Assembly (NCBI GenBank): GCA_011364985.1
Contig: RDOC01000002.1
Coordinates: forward strand, 160,001 to 224,000
Reading direction: 5' to 3'
Source: Candidatus Thorarchaeota archaeon
Lineage (GTDB): Archaea > Asgardarchaeota > Thorarchaeia > Thorarchaeales > Thorarchaeaceae
Length of the DNA: 64,000 nt
Part shown: positions 20,670 to 29,448 of the stretch, piece after piece
How the letters are laid out: each line of letters starts with the position of its first letter
Position numbering within the stretch: the stretch's first letter is position 1
Position numbers and translations under genes: made by a program
Notes under the pieces: model-generated
What the model was told of the DNA's origin: nothing
The model's input: the letters and a program-made list of their open reading frames with translations, nothing else
Databases searched by the model: none

Positions 20670-20723
20670 AGATGAAAAACCATCTAATCGTGTTTATCAG
20701 ATTCACGTTTGGATGCTATTCTA

Positions 20724-21005
20724 TCACAGTTTCCTGTATTTTGGAACAATCTCTTTGATTATCTTTTCAAAGCTAGGTATCTGACCAGGAGCGAAGAATG
20801 GATAATAGAATATGAGTCCATTGATTCCAATCGCTGTATATCTATTCACAACTTCTGCAAAGTGCATTTCCGAGGCAAAGGCGATGTTTGCTTCCGAACC
20901 AAATACTAGCAGCGAACGCCTAACTGATACCAGGTCCCTTGAGTCTGGAATGCCAGATCGAACAGATTCCTATTTGACAGGTAGAGTCAAGTATTTCTTC
21001 TGCAA
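20724..21005 (-). pseudogene. Remnant of an LLM-class (luciferase-like) oxidoreductase C-terminus
   Basis: FAEVVNRYTAIGINGLIFYYPFFAPGQIPSFEKIIKEIVPKYRKL; upstream stop. Confidence 0.5.
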
Positions 21006-21080
21006 CTACAAGTGAGAAACAAATGTGAATGCCATTTATTCCGGTTTCAAATAAAGGGATACCATAAATTTACTAATGTC

Positions 21081-22094
21081 ATGAGAAGTATATCCGAGTC
21101 AACTGATTTGAATAGCATCTTTAGAAATATGACACTTGGATACTGGTTGAGGGCTTCGTTTCAAATAGCTATTCTGCTCGTATTGCCCTATGGGATTGAC
21201 TTCTGGAATATCAACACGTTGGATTGTCTGTACTATCATTCAATCGCTTTTCATCTGATGTTCTCTGGATACTATGCAGAATTGGATGTGGAGTTCGCTA
21301 ATTTCCTTACATTTCTTTTTGCAATTATTCTTTGTATCCCAGCTATTCTCTTCGATACGCTTCTCTTTAGGGCAGAAAAAGGCAAGCCAATTCGGATTCC
21401 AGGAATAGTAGTTATTCTTACCACAGTTCTTCTTGTCATCCTGCTCGGTCAGGAACTACCTAATCTGGCTTTTCCAGGATTTCAAGTTCTTCTAACTGGG
21501 AACCTTCTCCGTTTTACAAACCTTGTTCTAGTAGTGCTTGTATTCCTTCCTATTCTCAGCAGAGAAACTTCACTACTTCTTTTCGACAGAGCTAAAGCAG
21601 AAGAGAACAATGATGAAGAGAAGCCGGATATGCAACTCAGAAACCAGTTTCTTGGTGTCACATTGGGGCTGCTGATTCTTGTGATGCCCTACGTTCTTCT
21701 TGTTGATATCCATACATCTTTCCGACTTGATTTTCATCTGTTTGCAAGTGTTGCCTACTTTATGATTGAGTGCGACGTACGTTATAACTACACAGCAATC
21801 AGCTTCTCTGCTGTCAGTATATACAATCTAGTTTTGTATCTTCTAGTTGCAAGTCTTCAGGTGATGTATTCCTATGGTGTTCTAAGATACCTTAGGGGTC
21901 TAGAAAGTCGAAATCAAACTTTAATCTGTGGTGTACTTGGTCTACTGCTCCCCCTTGCTGTCTTCTCGATAGTATCACCTTTCTATGTCCGCGGCCAGCT
22001 TTCATATCCGGCTCCCTTTCCAGTTGTTTTCTTGCTCGGCATTGCTGTCCTATGGTCTGTGAAACCTCTAGGGATACGTGTGATTGAAGCCTGA
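21081..22094 (+). CDS. Multi-pass membrane hypothetical protein
   Basis: About 8 hydrophobic segments in two similar halves; start uncertain (21012-21129). Confidence 0.65.
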   Translation: MRSISESTDLNSIFRNMTLGYWLRASFQIAILLVLPYGIDFWNINTLDCLYYHSIAFHLMFSGYYAELDVEFANFLTFLFAIILCIPAILFDTLLFRAEKGKPIRIPGIVVILTTVLLVILLGQELPNLAFPGFQVLLTGNLLRFTNLVLVVLVFLPILSRETSLLLFDRAKAEENNDEEKPDMQLRNQFLGVTLGLLILVMPYVLLVDIHTSFRLDFHLFASVAYFMIECDVRYNYTAISFSAVSIYNLVLYLLVASLQVMYSYGVLRYLRGLESRNQTLICGVLGLLLPLAVFSIVSPFYVRGQLSYPAPFPVVFLLGIAVLWSVKPLGIRVIEA

Positions 22095-22141
22095 ATCTCA
22101 CATGATCTTGAAGGAAAAACTGTATGTTCAGCCAAAAGAAT

Positions 22142-22172
22142 TGGCGCTCCCGCCGGAACTTAAACCCGGGTC
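22142..22172 (-). repeat. Degenerate tRNA-Asp-like 3' end (att-like relic)
   Basis: Minus strand GACCCGGGTTTAAGTTCCGGCGGGAGCGCCA vs GACCCGGGTTCGAATCCCGGCGGGGGCGCCA (24548-24578): 26/31 identical. Confidence 0.8.
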
Positions 22173-23310
22173 AATGCCCTCGTTCAATCAGTGTGTTCAC
22201 TTGTTTCTGCGTTAGCATCGAGAAATCAGTAAGTCTAGATTGCACGAGATTGCCAAATTCCTCCTTACTAATTGGTGTAATAAGCTCAGTTAGCTGTTTT
22301 ATCAGTCCAAATGACACATTAAGTGCAGGTCCACTTGATTTTCTTGCTTTTGACGCTTTGCCTTTCTTACCCCCTAGTCCTTTTACCCAATCAGTCATCG
22401 CTTTATAGACTTCATCCTTGCTTTTACCATCAACTACTCCATGCGTTTTGCTATAAATTTGCCAAAGTTCATCAAATTTCCCTTGAGTAATATTCTCTAG
22501 CGGACTATATCCTCTAATTCCATCAGGATACACCCAAATGAATGCATATGCATCACTGTATCTTGGAAGTTGAGGAGTGTTGTAAGGAAGAAGCAACATT
22601 TTCAAACCATTTTCATGGAATCCAAATCTGCTGGATGAAATCTTGACCAAAATGCCTCTGAATGACTCCTGAAGTTTCTTGAATGCTCTTTCAAATGATT
22701 CGGAAACCATAGTCTGAACACGCAAGCAAGGTTTCTCGTTGCCATACTCTTCTAGGATTTCTCTACAAAAGTCATCATACTCAGCCCCAAGAATCATTTG
22801 TTCGACTTTGGAACGTGTTTCCATTTTTGTTTCGTCAATCGGTTCCAAAGATTCATAGAACTCATCTATTGCATCAGGTCGAATTTCCCATATCACGCCT
22901 TCAGTTGCAACATCATCCGTTGCCTGTCTAATATCAGCTGGAAGAAATGGTCTGAATGCACCTGTTCTGGCTCTGATTACATGTTTTGCAACTCCAATTA
23001 GCGACTCATCGTCTAGTTGTTTCGATTTGATTTCTTCGTCACTCACAAAGACAGTTAGCTTTCTTCCACCATATCTACGGAATTGTTTCTCTTCTTCCTT
23101 TTCTCTAATTACCACTTCTGGGGTAGCAGTTAGAAGGGCCTTGGAAAATACCGTTTCCGTGTTTTTGTTTATTTTCTCAAGGATAGGATTCCAACCCTCT
23201 CCCATAAACTTCCTTTTTCTCCACCAATGTCTTGGCTTGGAAAGCTGCCTGCGTATCCAATTTCCTATATCCTTAAGTAACGTGTATGCAAAGGATACAT
23301 CTACCCCCAC
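22171..23310 (-). CDS. Hypothetical protein, 379 aa
   Basis: Long ORF; its stop overlaps the tRNA relic. Confidence 0.7.
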   Translation of the reverse strand: MGVDVSFAYTLLKDIGNWIRRQLSKPRHWWRKRKFMGEGWNPILEKINKNTETVFSKALLTATPEVVIREKEEEKQFRRYGGRKLTVFVSDEEIKSKQLDDESLIGVAKHVIRARTGAFRPFLPADIRQATDDVATEGVIWEIRPDAIDEFYESLEPIDETKMETRSKVEQMILGAEYDDFCREILEEYGNEKPCLRVQTMVSESFERAFKKLQESFRGILVKISSSRFGFHENGLKMLLLPYNTPQLPRYSDAYAFIWVYPDGIRGYSPLENITQGKFDELWQIYSKTHGVVDGKSKDEVYKAMTDWVKGLGGKKGKASKARKSSGPALNVSFGLIKQLTELITPISKEEFGNLVQSRLTDFSMLTQKQVNTLIERGH

Positions 23311-23335
23311 TACTTATTGCCCTCCCTTAAGTTAA

Positions 23336-23677
23336 TCAAGATGCGTCTTCTTCGCAATCCCACATCTTTTCTTCGAGTTGCCTCATATATAATTCCAAGC
23401 ATGATGGGTTCTTGCATACAAATTCAATTTCGCCATTCATCTCATCTTCTGCAAGAGTTCCTAGGTTTTGAAATGATATCGCATTTCCACATGCAGCACA
23501 AGTCATTCTCCCCAATTCGAAATCTTTCCAGACTTTCCGTTTTCGGAGTATATACTCTACCTCAAAGGCGTCAACTGGATCCATTTGCAGCCTTGACCTA
23601 ACATATCCTATCCCCTTAGCTGTAGATATAGTTGCAATGAAGAAACCTACTACAATGATTAGTTCAAATGGCCACAT
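23336..23677 (-). CDS. Small membrane-anchored Zn-finger protein
   Basis: N-terminal TM; CAACG and CKNPSC. Confidence 0.65.
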   Translation of the reverse strand: MWPFELIIVVGFFIATISTAKGIGYVRSRLQMDPVDAFEVEYILRKRKVWKDFELGRMTCAACGNAISFQNLGTLAEDEMNGEIEFVCKNPSCLELYMRQLEEKMWDCEEDAS

Positions 23678-24470
23678 ACCACCACTTCACGGTCCATTTC
23701 TTTTGCACAAACTCAATCTCATCTCGGAATCGGTGAGATTTAACTTTTGGGTCAATGCATCTCTTTGCTAAGTAGACATGGATTTGAATATTTATCGTAT
23801 TAAGAAACTCAAATTCGAAGAATAATTCAGGAAGATTCACGAACTTCTTCGTAATCGATTTTCAGAACTGGCACCCCTTGTTTCTTTACAACAGTCATAA
23901 GACCTTCATCATCCAGAGTATAGCCTCTTTCACTTAGGAAATTAAAACCTTCGCATTCCCCTCCATTAGAATATAGTATTCATTGAACCATTCCATGAAA
24001 TCTTGACGAAACAGTACGGTAAAGAGCTTGACACGTTCCCTGAAGATCTTCGCCCTCACTCCACCTTCAAGTATAGCAATGAAGAAGGCAAGCAGACTTG
24101 AAGTAAGAAATCCTGTTATTAAATTCCCAATAACGCCTACAAAGTAGTTCATTTTCGGATGGATACTGCATGAACCAAATCAAAGCCATTATACTTGCAC
24201 ACAATACAAAACTCGTTGTTTTGTGAACTCGATGACCAAATCACGTTCATGAGTTGTGAATTCAAACCCCTCTGGTATTTCGGGACCATTTTCTTTATTC
24301 ATTTTCAAATCATGCCCAAGTAGTGAAACCTTCTAGTGTCACATTGTCATGAGAACTGATAAACCTGCACTCAGATAGAGTGACCTTCAAGAAACACTGT
24401 GAAACCGATTTTGCCATTGTTCAAGAACGACAACTTTAATAGAAAACCAAAAGTGGAGCAGTCGAACCAT

Positions 24471-24578
24471 GCCCCTGTAGTGTAGTACGGTCAGTACTCC
24501 AGATGACCTGAAGTATCCGGAATAGCATTCAAGACTGTCACTCTTGAGACCCGGGTTCGAATCCCGGCGGGGGCGCCA
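24471..24578 (+). tRNA. tRNA-Asp(GTC) with 30-nt D-loop intron (24493-24522)
   Basis: GCCCCTG/CGGGGGC, G73, CCA; CAAGA-CT-GTC-AC-TCTTG; relaxed BHB ACGG-TCA / CCGG-AAT restores CGGTCTAGCAT. Confidence 0.95.
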
Positions 24579-24596
24579 TCTCCTTTTCGGGAAGAA

Positions 24597-26769
24597 TCAG
24601 GAATAGTCTATTCTTACTCCCCTCTTCTCAAGTGCATCCATGATCTCCTTCAAAATCTCATCATTTTCATCAGAAGTCACCCTACGACCCCTTAGATTGC
24701 ATCGGACTTCTCGTTCAATGTAATCAGCCGATATTGATTGAATCTTCACAAGCTCAGACGAGAGCGATAACAGAACCAATTCCGTAAAGTCAGTATCATC
24801 CTCCACATTGCACAAGTGAACGACAACATTCAACATTCTTCCACGGATAGATTCTTCAATGCGGGCACTGACAGAAAGCGTGGTAGCTTCCAACTCAACA
24901 AGATGGTTCAGCAGATGCCAGTTCTTGGCAAGCCAAGCTGCGCTTCTTCCAGAGGAAGTGGGAGAGGGTACAGAAATGTATTGCGTGAAGTGGACTTTGT
25001 CTTCTATTCGCTCATTCATCAAATGGATTTTCAAAACGTATTGATTCCGAAGGAACGATTTTCTTCAAAATATGCTTAGGACCTTTAGCTGGAACCATCG
25101 TGATTGCAATTCTGGGCACTGCTTTGCTAGAATCTGTGTTTTCAAATGTCAGCGTCGCCCATTTTTCATAGAATTCGCCCATCACTAGCGAATCAGCAAG
25201 TTGACTAACGAGTTGATCAAAGACCTTCTTTGTGATTTCATAATCTTGAGATATATCAAGTGTCACAACGCCCTTCCAGAGGGTTTTCAGTTCTAGAACA
25301 TCACCAGCAAGTGCATTGTATTCCGCAAGTATCGATTGTTCATATGCATCTAATTGGCCAAGATGAGAATGCGGAGGAATAGAATCCAGCATTGCTTTCC
25401 ATTCAGCTTCTGTAAGACTTTCTTTCCATGAATAGAATTCAGGAGCATAAACATTCGATTCTTTGGTTCGAGGTTTCCTACCGTAGAGGTTGAAACGAAA
25501 CCCTGCTTTTGTCTTCACCTCAAGTATCATAATTGGGGTCCAGATGTACTGATTCGCAGCTTTCTTGTTACGAACAAAGAGAACAAGATCAATCCTACCA
25601 GCTCCTTGAGGTCCAGTAACAGGGACTTCTGCAAGATACTGCATTCCAGACGGCTCCTGTAGAAGGTCGTCACCAGCAAAGACGGCTGCTTTCAGAGAAC
25701 TAGGATGTGAAAATCCTGAGAGCAGAACTCTATGCCAGTCGTTTCCTTCTCGTTGTGTCTTTTTGCTAACTTCTTCAATGAAATTGGAAATATCGGCATC
25801 TCCAACTATATCATTCTCAATATGAGCAAGGATAACCTGTCCTCTTTTCCCAGTGGAGTCATCCTTTTCCATCTCAGCTTTTGCCTTGCCCATGAGAAAA
25901 TCAACCCCTGGATTCTCAGTTGGACCCTCTATCTGCTCACTGATTCTCTTGGCACTGCCAATTCTTTGACTAAACCGAGTTCTAATCTCAAGCACAAGTC
26001 TACGAAGCTCTTGGTCTGCATCCGGATAGAAGTTTTTTCGACCAATCCTTCCTCCCGTGTAAATCCAATCAAGGAAAGGAATCAATCTATGAGTCAAAAG
26101 TCGAATGTATCTCTGACTCTCCTTTCGTGGAACACCATGGATGAAGCATTGACGACACAACTCAACTAGATGAGCACGAATCATATCACCGAAATCAAGA
26201 GCGGGAAGCGTGGGATGGGTGAGTAGTATCCGAGGTTTCTTGGAGTTGCCTGGATATCCAGCTTTTAGATGAACCTTGGCATCTTCTAAGGTTGACAATT
26301 CATCAGCTACACGCTTTGGGATAACCTTCGTGCGGCCGTCTGAGAATTGCCTAATTTCATAGAGTTGTGGGTTTGGAAAGGGATATCTAGTGACCAGCAG
26401 ATCACGTAGCGTAGAGCCTGCAGAATTGAGTAGGGCATTAAGGGGACCGACAGTCCCCTCTCTCCAGCTGTATACCCGTTTGAACTCCTTGTTACCATAT
26501 CTTGCGGTACTATACCAAAGCATTTTGAGATATAATCTTCTCAATACTGGTTCTATACCTTGTACTGAAGAGAAGTCATGAGAGCCCTTAGCTTTGGATG
26601 ATTTCCACTCCTTGCGTGCGATTTTCCAGTTCTTGCTAATCTGCTGATAGAACCTGTACGTCTTTGCATTCTTCCGTTTTGATGCCAATCTTACAAGGGC
26701 TGACAATCCAGCATAAATCGCATCTGCCAAGACCACATTTGGTCTGAATTCCTGAATTTTCCGCCCCAA
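24597..26769 (-). pseudogene. Large PD-(D/E)XK-domain protein, frameshifted (ORFs 25012-26769 and 24597-25034) and probably internally deleted
   Basis: AGRIDLVLF..ILEVKTK motif; 4-bp duplication tcat-tcat at 25012-25019 whose removal joins ENPFDE to RIEDKVHF. Confidence 0.7.
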
Positions 26770-27028
26770 ATAGACTCCTCGATACTTAGAATCCCTTTTT
26801 ATTTATAAGTAATTCTTCCCTATTTGGAAATCTCCATTACTAATTTAAAGGTCGCATATGGCTTCTTTAAAAGAATAAAGGCCTATTAGATTATTTTGTT
26901 TAATAAGTTTATATTGTTTGTCACAGAAATATGTACGAGTTCAAAGGCTCTACTCTTGACAATAAAGGGAGTGAACTCAACTGACTCAGAAATGGGTCAG
27001 AAGTTTATATTGTATTGGGCGAAAATCA

Positions 27029-28705
27029 ATGGCTCGGTTTCAAGGAACTACAATCAGCGTCAAGGTCCCGATAAACTGGGAAGCAATGACGATGAAATCT
27101 AAGCAGAGGCTTAGACAGATTGTAGGAAGGGACACGAGGGTGATTCGTGCATTTCTCGGGATAATCGAACAACATGAAAACGACTTGCTTGCTGGTCGCA
27201 ATAAGCATCGAATTCATGACGGGAAGCTAGACAAGCTTACCATGACCGCACTCAGAGTCAAGGCTGGCTATGCTCAAAGAGCCAGTGTTCCTCATGACTT
27301 CAAGGCTCGCTTCCCACGCATCTCCCAAAACGAGATAACCGAGTGTCGACAGACTGCTGTTGCTCTCTACAAGAGCTACCTGAAACTTAGAGCTAAAAGA
27401 GGCTTGAATGTTTCACGACCAGCGTCAATCAATCAAAGCCGACGGATACCAAGATGGGTCTTTTCGCAGAGATTCAAACTTCTTGAGAGAAGTACTGCTG
27501 CTTCACGATGGTGGCTTGATATTAGGGACTCTCTTGACTCAGTACAAGAGGGACGAACATTTCATGACCGACTGAATATTCCCCTAAAGATGTCACCTTT
27601 CCACTTCAACCAGATTAAACGAGGCGATGTGAAGGCAGTTCAAATCTTTACTGACCGCTTTGGGAAGTGGTGGGCAACCATTGCGGTTAGGATTTTTACA
27701 GACCTACCTCCCAAAGAGGATCTTCCGATAGGAATCCTTGGAATTGACTTGGGTATTGAAAAGGCAGCCTGCTCGACACTGATTACACCGAAGAAAACAA
27801 GAGAAACAAGGTACTTTGTCCAGCGGCAGAAAGTCAAGGTCATCAAGAAGTACGACAGACTTGTTGCTGACCTTCAGAGGACGATGCAGAATCACAAAAG
27901 TAACGGACTTCCATATGACAAGATGGCGAAAAAGCTCCGGCAGATGAAAGCCAAGAGAGAGAATGTTGCTAAAGAGTACGACCGTGTTCTTCTTCGCCAG
28001 ATTCTCGACTACATCTTAGATCTATCGGAGAAGTATACACTCTATGTTGCCATTGGTCGCCTGAAGAATATACGACTACGTGCTAAACGAGGAAACTACA
28101 AGGGGCGAAGGTTCAGAGCAATGATTCATTCATGGGCCTTTGCTCGAATAACAGATGGCCTCAAACATGGCCTCGCTCAGCAGGGGTGGAAGGTCGATGG
28201 AAAGGATACCTGCTTTAGAGCTGTTCCAGAGGCATGGACTTCTATCATGTGCTGGAAATGCGGGAGCAAGGGAACACGTCCCAAACAGAATTACTTCCAT
28301 TGTACCTCCTGTGGACACAAGACCAATGCTGACAGAAATGGTAGTATCAACATTGCAGCACGTATGCTCATGCTCACAAAGTCACTGCACTCTGTGAGAG
28401 GACTAGGTATGTGGACTAGGGCTGTAGATAGGGCTCGACGTGCGCGACCGAAAGCCCGAAAGAAGAAGTCTTCTCAAGGGAAGTCCTTACTCTCCTCTAA
28501 GGATTCAACATCAAATCTTGGAGAGTCCGCGGCTGTTCACTTTGTCCAGTCGGACTTTGCTGGCTTCAGTGATGAAACAAGCGAGAGTGATGATGACCCC
28601 GTCGTGGCAAATACTGTGAAAGCTCTCTCTGTCATTGAGGGTGATGACTCAATAGCAATACAGGAGAAAGAAGCCAGGTCTTCAGGAGGGATTCCATCCC
28701 GATGA
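27029..28705 (+). CDS. tnpB: TnpB-family RNA-guided endonuclease with rearranged RuvC-II
   Basis: LGIDLG (RuvC-I), VAIGRL (Gly at canonical Glu), VPEAWTSIMCWKCG, CTSCG Zn finger, NADRNGSINIA (RuvC-III). Confidence 0.92.
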   Translation: MARFQGTTISVKVPINWEAMTMKSKQRLRQIVGRDTRVIRAFLGIIEQHENDLLAGRNKHRIHDGKLDKLTMTALRVKAGYAQRASVPHDFKARFPRISQNEITECRQTAVALYKSYLKLRAKRGLNVSRPASINQSRRIPRWVFSQRFKLLERSTAASRWWLDIRDSLDSVQEGRTFHDRLNIPLKMSPFHFNQIKRGDVKAVQIFTDRFGKWWATIAVRIFTDLPPKEDLPIGILGIDLGIEKAACSTLITPKKTRETRYFVQRQKVKVIKKYDRLVADLQRTMQNHKSNGLPYDKMAKKLRQMKAKRENVAKEYDRVLLRQILDYILDLSEKYTLYVAIGRLKNIRLRAKRGNYKGRRFRAMIHSWAFARITDGLKHGLAQQGWKVDGKDTCFRAVPEAWTSIMCWKCGSKGTRPKQNYFHCTSCGHKTNADRNGSINIAARMLMLTKSLHSVRGLGMWTRAVDRARRARPKARKKKSSQGKSLLSSKDSTSNLGESAAVHFVQSDFAGFSDETSESDDDPVVANTVKALSVIEGDDSIAIQEKEARSSGGIPSR

Positions 28706-28850
28706 TGGTTGACAATGCTCTTGCTAATCTAGGAATCCATTGGATTCCAAGAGGTGGCGACACTGGCAAGAGAGGGGCGGAACACAGAGGTTTCATGCAG
28801 TTGTGGTTCACTCACAATTTTAAAAGCAGGTCATACACTACAGGGGCTCG
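28706..28850 (+). ncRNA. Putative TnpB omega/re-RNA 3' scaffold plus guide, copy 2
   Basis: Same conserved blocks as 16980-17111; the variable hairpin differs in sequence but still pairs (ggaatcca-t-tggattcc vs gtatttca-aa-tgaaatac). Confidence 0.7.
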
Positions 28851-29207
28851 GATTGCTCGGCCTCCAGCATTTCTCCGAACTTGTAGCACCAGCCCTAGTT
28901 TCACAACCGGTTTTGTAGAAACTGAAGATTTTTCTCGATACAGAACTGCTTCCTGTCAGTCTGTTAGCCAACTAGCGCAATGCTTTTTACCGAAGAAGCT
29001 AGTATGTACACTGGTTCACCCAAACCTGCCTAGATGATATTCTATCTTTCGTTTTATGGAAAGGTTTTTATCAAGACAATTTGCCGTCCGAATAGCCCAG
29101 GCAGAACTGCTTCCCACTCTAGCATGGCCAAGCGTTACATTCCATAGAAGCCATTATACTACATGACTATATGTCTGGCATGTCACGGTGGCCTGTGATG
29201 ACGATAG

Positions 29208-29284
29208 GGGCTCGTGGCGCAGCTAGGTAGCGCAGCAGGCTTTTAACCTGATGGCCGCGGGTTCGAATCCCGCCGAGCCCGCCA
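29208..29284 (+). tRNA. tRNA-Lys(TTT), intronless
   Basis: GGGCTCG/CGAGCCC, CAGG-CT-TTT-AA-CCTG, GGTTCGAATCC, CCA. Confidence 0.95.
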
Positions 29285-29448
29285 TATCCCTATCGCCGAG
29301 TGGTGCCAATCGGTTTCTGTTCAGGCTAAAACATACGGGGCGGCTATTGCAGCAGATGGGTGAGCTCGGATTTCTCTGGGTTCCATGCGTTGGGAAGCGT
29401 GTATGTTTGCAGTAGTTCCCCCGTCCTTCAAGATCATGGTGTTGCGAT

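Noticed and set aside
27029-28850. Cas12f/type V CRISPR locus or complete IS200/IS605 element
   Set aside because: No repeat-spacer array, cas1/cas2 or tnpA nearby; element ends could not be defined by eye.
28702-29037. 111-aa ORF after tnpB
   Set aside because: Overlaps the conserved RNA scaffold; the equivalent frame is not kept open to this length in the other two copies.
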